A stretch of DNA of 62,384 bases, filler included, from Choristocarpus tenellus KU-1152 (Eukaryota > Protista > Phaeophyceae), in the NCBI GenBank assembly GCA_964200185.2. It is 11 parts of 11 records of this genome, joined end to end, with 100 filler letters (N's around TTAATTAATTAA, not from the genome) between each part and the next. Parts side by side here need not be neighbours in the genome. Positions count along the whole stretch, not along the records: positions 23,740 to 26,966 come from CAXNAD020021408.1; positions 27,067 to 34,304 come from CAXNAD020006483.1; positions 34,405 to 37,406 come from CAXNAD020023014.1; positions 37,507 to 41,406 come from CAXNAD020017251.1; 7 more parts are not named here. One strand, 5' to 3'. The notes below the pieces were generated by a model. It saw only the letters and a list, made by a program, of their open reading frames with translations, had not been told where the DNA came from and did no database searches. Shown here piece after piece: positions 25,087-37,952 of the stretch. Within the stretch, counting starts at the first letter, position 1. Each line of letters opens with the position of its first letter. The position numbers were made by a program, and so were the translations under genes.

Positions 25087-27154
25087 GTGAGGGCGAGGGT
25101 GGCGAGGGTGGTGAGGTGGTAGAAGGGGACTGTTGTGACACTTGAATCTGTTGTCATATTGATCTAAGAATTAATAATAAAATAAAAACAAATAAAGATA
25201 AGGTTGCACACTATTCTACTTCAGTTTATCGCTCCAGGATATTTTTTTTTTGCTAGAAAGCTAGGCACAAAAAGGCGTGCGCACAACACACACAGCGACT
25301 TGTTTTTTTTCGGTAATATCAAAATTAACTCTCTTTTTTTTTTTTAAGTGACCTTGCAACTAACTTCACATCGCTCTTGAAGTTTTCCTTTAAAAAATAA
25401 ATAAATGTCTGTCGTTGATTCGAGTAAGGACCCTCGCCGCCCCGATCGCAACGATCGGTCGTTTCCGTAAGTGAGTGTTCTTATATTTTTGAGTTTCTGC
25501 TGAAAAATCGTTTGTTTTTTTAATCTGTTCTTAAAATGTACATACCCATTGTTGTTTGCATGCTCATCTCAAAAGAATATATATATATATGTATTTTTTT
25601 TTGGTGATGTGAGGTCGGATACAGCGAAGAGATCTGGGTGGTGTTCTGAAAACACAAGGCTTATTTATAGACGAGGTGCGCTGATTTCTCCGGGGTTATC
25701 TTAAACCAAAACAACATTAGTGGGTTTTTCATGAGCACACTTCGGGGAAGTGCTCACCCTTTTTCTGTTCAGCGTGGTACATATCCAGCTGTGTTCTATA
25801 TTGATCCACGTTTTTTTTTTTGGCATTTCCTCCCTACCACTCTTATCTCATTACAACGTAATGGTATTAGTAGAAGTATATTGTTTTTATTATTCTTATA
25901 TTCTTATTATTTTATTATTCAGTTATTATCGCTAGTGTTACTGGTTTCATTGTTGCGACCACTTCACCCCCCATAGTGGGCATTGGTTCAGTGGCTGGCT
26001 TACCCCGTCCGATTGGCTGGGTAACTGTTGTGGTCGTTGTCACGCTCTAAATCGCCCAATCAACAAGCGGCACGATCTCTTGGATTATAATAAATTCCAC
26101 GAGTAAAATCGGTCCGATTGTTGATTTTTTTTAAATTATTATTTTTTTTGAGCTGTTAAAATAGCTGCAAAAAAGCAATATATTTAGTATGTATATATAA
26201 AGATAATCAGGCGCAGCACGACAGTAGAGTTACAAATATCCTACCTTTTTTTTATTTCTAGCAACAGCATACTATCATCTGTATCGTTGACATCACTTAT
26301 TACTGGAATGCGAGGATAGTCTACGTTGGTCTAAAGTAAATGCCTAATTGTTTTTTTTTTCTTCTACATATCCTCTTACGGTAGAGCGTCCACTACCTCC
26401 CCTCGCTTAAGCTACCCTTGTCGTTTCTACTTGATCTATCTCAACATTCGATGAGTCCTGTCGTCAAGGGTAGTAGTACTTGCTCCAGAGGGCCTATCCC
26501 ATTGATGGTCGGACCGGAGGTGGAAAATCTGCTGTCAGACCCCTCAAGGCTCGTGATCTCAACTCGGTGTGATTATCCCAGGACTCAAGGATGCTGACTG
26601 GGTTGAAGTGCACCGAGGGGGGACCCCCCCTCCCTGTTTGTGTTGGGGAAATATCCCAGTCTTGGGGGAACCACCACTGCTTGTTGTTGCTTCTTTCAAA
26701 TAAATCTCAGGGTTATTTCTTCATTTTTTCACAAACGCAGGTTAGGGTTAGATTTGCAACAGTGTATGCAAAAAAGTGAAAGGTGGTGGGGTGGGGATCC
26801 TTGAGAAGTGGTGTGGTTCTCCAGTGCAAACTGCACTGCTCCACTGCTTCTTCTACAATGTTTCCTTAGCTGGTTAGGGATGTTTTTCACAGACGAGTTA
26901 GGGTTAGGGTTTTGAATCTGTGTGCTACAAATGGGGAAGAAGAATACACTCAGCGGGGGGGGGGGGNNNNNNNNNNNNNNNNNNNNNNNNNNNNNNNNNN
27001 NNNNNNNNNNTTAATTAATTAANNNNNNNNNNNNNNNNNNNNNNNNNNNNNNNNNNNNNNNNNNNNTCCATATAACGTGCAATCCTCTCCCTCCCCCCTC
27101 CCCCCTAACAACTCTCTTCCCCTAGTACCTCCCTAAAAAAAAAAATCAACTGAC

Positions 27155-29502
27155 CGTAGGTGTCACAGAGCTGGAAGGATGTGAAGATAATGGCAGCAAG
27201 CACAAACACAGGGATGATCACCGATTTGTACCCAAGGGCCAGGCCGTAGATGATATTGGTAGCGGAGCCAGTCTTGCATGACATGGCCACCTGTGTGTTA
27301 CAAGTTACATATGCATTGTTATTGTTATCGAGGGGGAGGAGGAGGGTGAGGGGGAAAGGAACAAGATCAACAACAAGCTATCATCAACAATCACTACGTC
27401 TACACTAAACAAAAAAAGATTCAAGCGAATGCATGGGGGCAATAAAATGAATAAATACAGCACGGACCAAAACAAAAATAAATAAATCCCAAATCCAATT
27501 CTTTCAACACAATAAAGTACTTCCTCTTTCCCTTCGATTCTCTGCAAAAAAAAACAAACCATTACATGCAGCAAAGCACCTTCTTTAGTCAATGCAGCCA
27601 CTGCCCAAGGTCAAGTGCCAACATTACATTACACCAGAGCCTACGCTAATAGTCAACAATCACGACAAGAAATAATGATCAGTCCAGTTCCATCAAATAC
27701 ACAATAAATTGTTCTCACCTCCCTGACTGGTGCGAAAGAGTGTGAAGTGAAGTACTCAGTTACAAGACCAATCACAAGACCTCCAACAGTCCCAGAGATA
27801 ACACAAACAAAGGCATCCACGGGGGTGCAATCTACGCTGCTGCCCACACCGTCAATGTGGAAACTGCAATCAACGTGAATTAACAGTCACCACCATGATA
27901 GACACATGATAGACACACAGGAGAGGACCATGGGCAAAGAAGCAGAGAAGAGGGGAGCATATGAATTTGTGATATTTTTGGTTGAGAGGGTCAACGACAA
28001 GACTGTGATTTGATCTTTTGGTTGATCTTTTGGTTGATATTTTGGTTGATATTTTGGTTGATATTTTAGTTGATCTTTTGGTTGATCTCAAAGCTATACA
28101 CTTGAGAATAGTACATCTTTTGATCGGAAGAAGTCTACACAAGTGTACAGACACATAATATTTATTTTTATTTCACATAATATCTATTTTTATTTCTCAA
28201 TGCCATGTGAGACACCAAACACTACCTCCATTAAAACCCCTTCGCATCCCAACACTGTAACTTGTAACTTGTAACTTCTGCCTGGAGGACAAATCTTTTT
28301 TCACAAGCACTTTCTGCAGGTACTTGTGACTGAAAACATCCACTGGAAACCCACTTTGCAAATGACAAAATTCATCCCTAGCCCTCTCTCCACACTCTAT
28401 TAACACCAAGTCAGTCGTGTAACCCTACCCCTGTCACACACTCACCAAAATTGTTTCCCACATAACCAAGCCCAACCTCAGCAAAACAGATCCACCTAAC
28501 AAAAACAGAAACAAGCTTTACCTTGACAAACAAAAAACCGTTCCACTCTTTTAAACAAAAAAACACGCAGAAGAGGTACCATGACCAACAAGAAAAGAGA
28601 CAAAACAATCCATTTTTTATTTTTATAGCACAAAACAGAAACAATTGTACCTATGGAAAAGAGAATCCCCCTTTCAAAACAAAAAGCACACACTTTGTCC
28701 TTACTTCAAAACATAAGCAGGAGGAATAACAAAAACAAAACAGCTCCAAAATAAATAAAAATATTGCATACTTTCATTTCAACCCAAGGGAACCACAATT
28801 AAATGCACTGCTTTCGTCATTCCAAAACCCCAACCATATGAAGTCTAATCCTGAACAACATGTATCCATTTCAAAACACTCTATACACCAAAAAAGTACA
28901 CATGCACAAACAAACATTAAAAAAAACCTCATAAAAAAACTCACTTGGAAGGGAGGAACATCGTAGCGAGGACGTAAGTGATGGGAACCACCAGGACAGT
29001 CGTTGCAATGAGCTGAAGCTTCAAGACCTGAGTGGGAGTTGAAATGCAAGAGGAACCATAGCCCAGAAGGCAATCATGAGAGGGCAAGCAAGTTACTTCC
29101 TTGTTAGCGCTCAGTCCTCACAATTACCAACACAATTACCAACAAGCAAAAACGCCATCACAATATTTCCTCCCTGGAAGCACCACAATAAACACAAGCT
29201 ACAATAAACACAAGCTCAGACAGGCAATAACAAAAATCTCATTGCAACTAGGACAGGACGCCTATCCCTATTTCATTTGTTCGATTCTTGAGGTCTCGTT
29301 GTCCTCTTTTTTCATGCTGGGTGTGAACAAGTACCTCACACAAATTAAAAATTGAAATGAACCACACAAATCAACCACACAAATCAACCAGTCAGCTTTC
29401 GAATTGTCCAATAAAAAACTTCAAAAAATCATTGTATCAACGCAGTTACAACAAAAAGCATAGGATATCCGTATGGACCTAATAGATACATATCTATAGT
29501 TA

Positions 29503-29554
<52 letters not shown>

Positions 29555-31111
29555 GAGGTCACACTTCATTCTGACATACTGCCATTGCCATATATCCCTA
29601 ACCCTCCATATGATACATTTTGTAACACAGGAAAAAATGAAAGAGATGCAAAGTTGGTACCAATATTCAACCCAATTCACATGAAAGAAAAGAATAAAGA
29701 AAAAGAAAAAGAAAAAGAGAAACCACAAAAACTGAAAAAAATTATTTAAAAAACAAATTGCCTGGTAATTCCTCTGTTCCTTTTAAGCCACAAAGAAGAA
29801 CTAATGCAAACACCATTTCTCCTTTGGAGGGACAATGGACCCCAAGAAGGAAGAAGACGTGGATAGAGGACCACCATACCACCACCATACCATTGATGCA
29901 TTGGCAGTCATCGGGTCATTCATCACTATACACAGCCTTGTCTTGCCTTGTCTTGTCTGTGTATTCATCAACCTCCCTTTGAACAAACCACATAGGACAA
30001 GCCAAACAAATGGGACTCTTCTCACCCACTCAATGTCCTTCTCCTCAGTCACGGGCTTGATGTCTGTGGCAAGGAAGGACACCACTACACACACCAATGC
30101 ACCAGCAGCAGAGATCTTAAGTAAAAATAAAATAAAATAGAAAAAAAAAATAGCCCGTGTAGAGCAGATTTCCAAAAGATGTCACGAAAACAGGGCATGT
30201 CACAGGCGCAGGGGAAGCCAGTCAGTTGCTAAGTGTACTTGGAGTCACCAAGTGTAGGACTCTAATTGGGGAAGGAATAAGGGGCGTAAGAACAACCGTT
30301 ACAGTGTGAACTTTAATACATGGATGCTACAATCAAATAATATATTAGAGACCATCCACGCAGTGACAAAAACATGTGTCCAAAGCGGAAGGGGAGGGGG
30401 AGCATTTTTGAAGGTGGAGATACCAGGTTTTACCAGGTGTAAGACATGTGTCACAAGATGTGTCCAAGTTGCTTCCCAGGTGCAACATATATGTCAGTGT
30501 CTATCTATACATAGAAGCATTTGCAAACTCGTCCTCTGCACGCACTACTAACACAAAGAGATGTACCTCTCTGAGACTTCCTCTTCCCTCTATAAACAAT
30601 TCCATACATTAAAACGCCCCTTCTCATTACTCTCCCCTCAAACCTCAATCTACAACTTACAATATATATTTTCCACTCTTAAGATATCCCACCCCCCCCC
30701 ATACACAAACCACTCACTACTTATTGTCCACTACTTATGGTAGTGGATCCACTACTTCACTTCACGCCGATCCTGAACAGCCCCTAAAACACACACTCAC
30801 ACACACAATACAAGCACCAGAACCAAGCATCTCACCACTATTGTCACACTCACACTCATTGCAATTAACGACTCACCAGCAACGGGAACACAACCGCAGC
30901 CCAGCCTGCAGCCACCAAGTCGTCACAGGTGGAGGCAATGACAAGAGCAGCACAGGTGACCTCTGCATAGGAGCCAAACAGGTCAGCCCCCATACCAGCA
31001 ACATCACCCACATTGTCTCCCACATTATCCGCAATTGTGGCAGGGTTGCGGGGGTCATCCTGTTTCATATCAGGGGGGGGGGGGGGGGGGGGGGGGTGCG
31101 GTCTGCGCCCA

Positions 31112-31142
<31 letters not shown>

Positions 31143-34100
31143 NNNNNNNNNNGGGGGGGGGGTGGGGTGGGGGGGGTGGGTTTGGTGGGGGGGGGGGGGG
31201 GGGGGGGGGGGGGATTGATGCCGCTTAGGCACACTTTTTTGAAAAAAAAGTGAAAACAATAATCGCTACAGGTGTAAAGAAACTGACTTCATGCTGTGAA
31301 TTTGAAGAAACCGTATCGATGTCATCTACTCAATCAATTAAAAATTACATAACATTAAAAATAACAAATGCATGTTGCCTAGCTGCCCCCATGGAAAACA
31401 CCTTTCATATTTTAGTTGCTGAGCTAAACCTTCAACTACCGGTGCTATTTTTGCTTGGTACAGAGATTACAGCTGCAGCACCCAGACAGAGATATATTTT
31501 CAGGTCAAATCTCACCAACAGGTACAGATCTGTCTGTCACGTCTGTATGCCTCTTCCCTTTGAAGTACACATTTTTTTCGTTAAATAAATATCAATGAAA
31601 TCAATGCAACAGCGCTCTAGTACCACACAAATCAATAGCTCTTGTGGAAGATCTATGACGCCTGTCTTGGGCACGTGGGCACTTACTTGATCACACCAAT
31701 TTGGTGGCAACAGAAGAGCCTGATCGTAACCATCACCCATCCCGACAACACTAGCTACCTTCAACATCCCACCATCAACAAATAAACCAAACTCATCCAT
31801 CCAAGCTATACATGCAACAGCTCTCTCACCTCAGGGATGCCGTGCACCACCTTGCCCACAAGATCCGCACCAACATCAGCTGCCTTGGTGTAGATTCCTC
31901 CACCAACACGACCAAACATAGCAATGGAAGAGCCACCGAGGCCATACCCAGAGATGGCATCCATCATAATGGACCAGTCCTTTGGTGAACCACCACCATC
32001 ACATTTACATGGAAAACAAAATTGACAAGGCGATGATAAAGACAAGGGGATGATAAAGGCGATAGGTAACCTCAGGTTGGAATTTTTGGTGGACAGCGGA
32101 GGGAGGGGAGGGGAGGAGAGGGGAGAGGGAGTCCCAAGGGAAACCCACAACTATTTCTCTGTTTTATGTGTTGATAATCCTCTCTTGAAAGGTCTTTCCT
32201 TACCTCAAAAAGAAGATGCTGTGTGGGTAAGGTTGAAGAGAGAAAACAGTTAAATTTTGGTGAAAATTGCTTGATGTTTACTTCATGTTTACCGACCAAT
32301 TCGTAATATGCAAAAAGCTACAGCTCTTTATACCCTTGTGACAGACCACATCACTGGTAGAATCAACATCAACACACAAGACACCCATGGATCCTACCCA
32401 AGAGCAAAGCACACGCATTGAAAAACACATAGTGATCTCCACAGCCCAACAAAAGTGGCAGTTCAATTTGCAGTAGTTGCACTGTCACATCACAACAGTG
32501 GACCAAGACATCAATCGGAAGATTTGTGGAAAATAATATGAATAGTAATAAAAATTATAAAATACCCTACGTAAAAAATAAAAATTAATGCTGCAAATTG
32601 AAGCAGTTGGCAAAAGCACACAAACTAGTGCAAACTATAATCAGAAGAAAAAAAAGGATAAATTCACTCCTACATAAAATAAAAATAAACTGCATGCATC
32701 ACACAAAGCGAGATACGCACTACAGCATCCGCCACTACAGAGTGTGCTACGGGGCGTCACAGGCAGAACTCACACCACGCACAGTGGTAACAAGAAAAAC
32801 CAATTGAATATTGTAACCCACTCTTCTTCAAAGTTCACTATCTTCAGTTCTACTCGGGATTGTTGATTCAAAACGCTTCAAAAACAAAATCAGAAAATTT
32901 ATCCCAGGGTGTAATCTTGAAATTTCAGCCCCGGTCCAGAATACACTGAAGGGCAACACCATTGAGCCAGCTACATCAAGAACAAGACCCTGCACAGCAT
33001 AGCAGGCACAAGTAATGATCACGGGGGAAGACGATAACTATCATATACTGGACTATCATATACTGGGAAACAGCAGGATTATCTCTTCTTACACCCCCCT
33101 CCCCTGTACTAAATTCTGTAAGGTGAGGTACACCTTCAGAAGTACTCACACTGTTCCCAAAGTATGAACGGAACACGAAGAGGGCAGCATAAAGGACCAG
33201 AATCGCCATTCCAGTCAATGCAAAACCCATCACGCCTCCAGCACGGAAAGCCACGTTGAACGAGTCTGTCCACCCTGCTCGTTGGGCTCCAATTGTGGTC
33301 CTCACATTGGAGAACACTGCCACCTGACGGCATATTAGAAAAAGGGTCCCAAATTGTGATCACGTGAGGGAGGAATGGTTGGGGTGCATGGAAAAACACA
33401 ATACACAGCAGGAGAGGTTGAAGTGATGAAAGACAAATAATAACAAATATTACTGATCTGATTTGAAATGGAACTGAGGCAGGGGGAGGATCAATGGGCC
33501 AAGTTTATGGTTACAACAACAAAGACAAGGAGAAGAAGGTGACTGTAGTGTGAGAAGTTAACCGATATAGAAACATATACACCTTTTATCTTTGAAGCTG
33601 TATATTGGCAACATCAACAACTAGAGTAATCCAAAAAAGACTTTAACCGGGCCTATCATAGATCCCTCTTGCAGCAAGCAGGTACCACCCCTTTAAGGTA
33701 ACACCAGAAAACCTCGTACAAGTACGTTGCCAAGATCGATCAAGATGCCTACTCCAATAAAAATCTGCAGGTAACAAGCAAACAGTATAATGTGGGCTTC
33801 CGAAATCTCTGCCCTCACTCAAAACTGAACCACAAGAACCATATAAATTCCAACAGAATACGTTAATGCCCTCCAATCATCTCTCAAATTATTGATAATA
33901 CATCCCAACCATAGTATCCCCCTGAACAAAGGCATGATCCACTCCACCACCCTCTCAAACAAACCTTCATCCCGATGTACCCACTGAGCATGGAGGTCAG
34001 AGCTCCAAGCACAAACGCGCCACATGTGAAGGCACCCTCTACCCATGAGTCTTGTCCAAGGCTGACAAGGAAGAACACCACCACACCAAATAGCACAATA

Positions 34101-34168
34101 AAAATAGTGCAGATGCTGTACTCTGCATTCAGGAAGGCATCTGCTCCATGGCGGATAGCCTCGTAGAT
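27155..34168 (-). CDS. Membrane H+-translocating pyrophosphatase (V-PPase), partial; both ends lost at gaps
   Basis: Exons 34168-33965, 33323-33150, 31979-31830, 31059-30877, 30115-30026, 29027-28945, 27863-27719, 27290-27155, all GT-AG and phase-consistent. Motifs: [71 protein letters not shown]. Confidence 0.95.
28008..28088. repeat. 12-bp minisatellite in a PPase intron
   Basis: ttttggttgat(c/a) about six times. Confidence 0.9.
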
Positions 34169-34404
34169 CTTATGTCATTTGATTTGGGGTTGAGGGGGAG
34201 GGGGAGGGGGAGGGGGAGGGGGAGGGGGGCCAAATGTCCACAGGGACAGCAAAAGAAAGAAACATGTGGAAAAAAAGTAAGAGACTGATACCATTCAGAT
34301 AGGGNNNNNNNNNNNNNNNNNNNNNNNNNNNNNNNNNNNNNNNNNNNNTTAATTAATTAANNNNNNNNNNNNNNNNNNNNNNNNNNNNNNNNNNNNNNNN
34401 NNNN

Positions 34405-34653
34405 CTTTCGCGCCTCAGCTGCAGCAGCAGCTACACCATTGCTGGCGGATGAGTGGGTAAGGTGGGAGGTGGCCTGTACCTCTGTGAAGGTGACGTCCAG
34501 TAGGAGACCTTTGTCCCTGTAGGGAGCAGTTCCAGCATCTGCTGGTGCCCCTGCGTGAAACACCAGATCCATGCGAAGATTATGGTCCACAGTGAAAGGG
34601 CTACCGTCCTCCATAGTGCAAGGGATGCCCATCCCCTTGCATAGTTGGTGCAT
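34405..34653 (-). mobile_element. CRE-like RLE fragment truncated by a gap
   Basis: MEDGSPFTVDHNLRMDLVFHAG...YRDKGLLLDVTFTEVQATSHL...AAAAAEARK. Confidence 0.8.
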
Positions 34654-34699
34654 AAGATATCATAAATGTGAAAAACACTAATCTATTTGTTACTTTACG

Positions 34700-34950
34700 T
34701 GATACAGATGGAAACAAGCCGACAGGTTCTTCGTAATGAAGGGGAGCGGGAAGACCCACAGGAGGCAAGATCAAAAGAGAGACAAGTCAATAGAGGGAGA
34801 GCAATCCCTCAGAAGATCACTCAGGAAAAGAGTGTTCAGGTGGTAACTGAAAGAGGGGGGATTTGGTAAGGTCCCTCCAAACCACCCGATCTTACTTCAA
34901 GCAGATGTTACCTTCAACATGCAACAACTGTCGTATGAATATATATATAT
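34700..34950 (+). repeat. Dispersed repeat B ending in (AT)n
   Basis: Homologous to 7280-7465 and 8560-8770. Confidence 0.75.
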
Positions 34951-34954
34951 ATAT

Positions 34955-35770
34955 ATATTATTATGCTCTCTGACATTTTGCAGATGTGTCAGGGGGAAAA
35001 CCAATGAAAACTATACATATGTCATTATTAGCCCCAAAGAAATAAAATATTACAAATGCGAAAACACTATAAAACACTGTAAGTGTGAAAACCACCACTA
35101 ATCTACCAGTTACTTCACCATTATCAATATTGTACTATCATCTTCCTGTTCTTCCTATCTACCTACTCCTGCGCCCCGGGGGAGGGGAGCTAGGGAGGCA
35201 TCCCAAGAATCCAATAAAACCCTCCCCGCCCATCTTCCTGGCGATTCCAACCTAAAACGTATGACACGTCTGGACAGTGCCACTTGCGTAGTCACCAAGA
35301 CAATTTGGCGTAGCCGGGATTTAACTACTCTTTTCCTGCAATAACCACCCGCACCTCGTCCCCCTACCATGTGAATAGCCAGCTCATCCAGGAAGCATTC
35401 CACTTGCTTGCCGAGGCGCCTAAAACTTTCACCGCGAAGGTGTACCTCTGCGAAGGTGGCATCTACCAGAAGGCCTTTGTCCCTGTAGGGGGCTGTTCCG
35501 GCGTCCGCTAGTGCCCCTGCGCGGAACACCAGATCCATGCGGAGATTCCTGTCCGCTGTGAATGGGCTACCGTCCTCCATAATGCAAGGGATGCCCATCC
35601 CCTTACATAGTTAGTGCAGGCGTTTCACCATTGGAGTGTGCTGTCGTACCTGTCCCCTTGCCCTGAGGCAGGGACAGGCATGTCTGGTATCTACATTTTG
35701 CCTCCTGCACCCTGCCACTGGACACCTCTTGGATAGGGCCTCCTCCCCCCCTAGGGATCTGCTGACTGTG
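34955..35770 (-). mobile_element. CRE-like RLE copy with internal deletion and 3' tail
   Basis: ORF 35155-35598: FTADRNLRMDLV...LVDATFAEV/ESFRRLGKQ...KSRLRQIVLVTTQVALSRRV, followed by the 3' UTR and terminal stem-loop. Confidence 0.8.
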
Positions 35771-37539
35771 ACTCTATTGTTTGAAACCTTTCGACACAGT
35801 TCGGAAACATCCTATACTGTTGGCAGTCACCTCTAGGATCAGATCATTCTTTATTTTTTGAAAAGGTTGGCCAACGAGTTAAACAACGATCAGCATATCG
35901 AATGAAAGCTCTTGATCTAAGCCATCGATTTCCAGAAAGGAATTCTTTCGCAAAATTATTTTGGCAAGGTTAAATTTTAACCGAATGTTTTCGACACAAC
36001 CTTGAAAATGTTTCGGAATGAATTATCATCTTCAGAATACCTCATTTGGTTTGACATGGATTGTCTGGTTCAAAACCCCGTCCCCATGAGTGAGCGTTAG
36101 TCAGCAGGTGACAACATCGCATAGACGGGAAATAATGGAAAGAGAGTGGAGAGACAACAACGCGCATGTTCTCTGGGTGAAGGTGACCTCTTCTGGTGTC
36201 AAAATCATCCTAAAATGCGTGGTTCGCGCGCGCTGAGTGGCACCTCCGCGCGAACCGCGCGTGGACTACTTCATTCAAGTATGGTCCGGTATTCTCATGA
36301 TTACTACAAGTTGCCCAACCGAGACCCATAGAATACGGTTAAGCATGACTATGCGATTACAACAAAAGAATTATTAAAAAAATTGTTGTTGATGAAAAGT
36401 TACGGCACGACAAAGTTGATGCAGGAGGCGACTGCCAGCACACTGTGTATTTATTTGTATAAAAATACAAACACTGCACATATTTGTTAGCATCCTTTGA
36501 ATGCAAGTCTGGGCACCTCTCGTATACTTGACTCTAAGGGTTAAGGTTAGAATCATATATATGAGTGGAGGTACCTCTATAAATTTGTGCCCCTGCGTAA
36601 TTGGAAAATTACCATCTATCACCATATCATGTTGCTTCAACCCTCTATCTTCAGATGATCTCTTCCTTGTTCATCTCACCAACAAGTAAAAAAATGCAGG
36701 GTGTGCAATGTACAAACCTCTTAGCTCTAAGAATAAGCGAGCAACAATTTGACCGTACGTACCTACGCAACTCATTTATCTACCACAGACATTACTACTA
36801 CTGCCAACACTTCTTATTTCTTACACTTCCAGGTATATGAGATGGAGAAAGTCGAACCTTTCCTGGTGCGTGGTGGTTACTTTGGTATCATCTGCAGATA
36901 GTAGATATAAGATTGAGGTGGTGCAGTTGATAGTGTGAGTGGTGACATGCTCTTAGGAATTTCATTCAGTAACAGCCCACTACTGCATTTATTCTTGTCA
37001 GCATCATCACCATCACTACATATTAATATTTTACTTTAACTACAAACTTCCTGACAACCTGCTGCTGTACTTATTCTTGTCAGTATCATCACTATCACTA
37101 CATAAACAAACTTGCTTACTCCCACTACTGATATCTTGCTGGGCTTATTTGTTGATGTTTGGATAGCTCATGGTGAGTTCGTGGGCAGGTGGGTGGGTAA
37201 GTGGGTGGGGGAGAGTGATGACTGGGGAGTGATGTGAACCTGGTTGCCTCAAATGATGTATCTTGCAAGGACCTCTTCCCACAAGAAAACGGACTCAAAG
37301 ACTAGACCTCATATGATCGTAACATTATTTTTACACCATTCAGGACAAGAACAAATTAGAGAGTAGCAGGAGAAACAACCAGTGTTGAAACCTAATTTTC
37401 ATTCCTNNNNNNNNNNNNNNNNNNNNNNNNNNNNNNNNNNNNNNNNNNNNTTAATTAATTAANNNNNNNNNNNNNNNNNNNNNNNNNNNNNNNNNNNNNN
37501 NNNNNNTGGTTTTGCGTTAGTAGTTAGGTGTTTTGCTTT

Positions 37540-37576
<37 letters not shown>

Positions 37577-37825
37577 CAACCCCCCCCCCCCCCCCCCCCC
37601 TCCCGCTCACTCTTTTGGAATTTCCTCGTGCGTCTCAGTACTGCGTGTCATGTCAGTACGTGTGTTGCTGATCGCAGTATTCCATTGGAAGGTTTGAAAG
37701 AGCTCTTTCATGGAGCTATGTTTCTTTATTGTTGTTGTGTATTAAAATTTCAAGACCTTGTGGTTCAAAGCACTATTTTGTTATTATTTTATTGTTGTTT
37801 TGACAATTTATTGTTTTATGATAAA

Positions 37826-37863
<38 letters not shown>

Positions 37864-37952
37864 TATTTTTTTCAACTTCACAGTGGTAGAATACCAGTTT
37901 TCTGCATGTTGGTCTCATTATGTGCCCTTGAATGGACCCCTTTTGGACATAG

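Noticed and set aside
36833-36865. 33-nt AG/GT-bounded segment as an upstream CDC16 exon
   Set aside because: Neither open frame (VYEMEKVEPFL, YMRWRKSNLS) matches APC6 convincingly.
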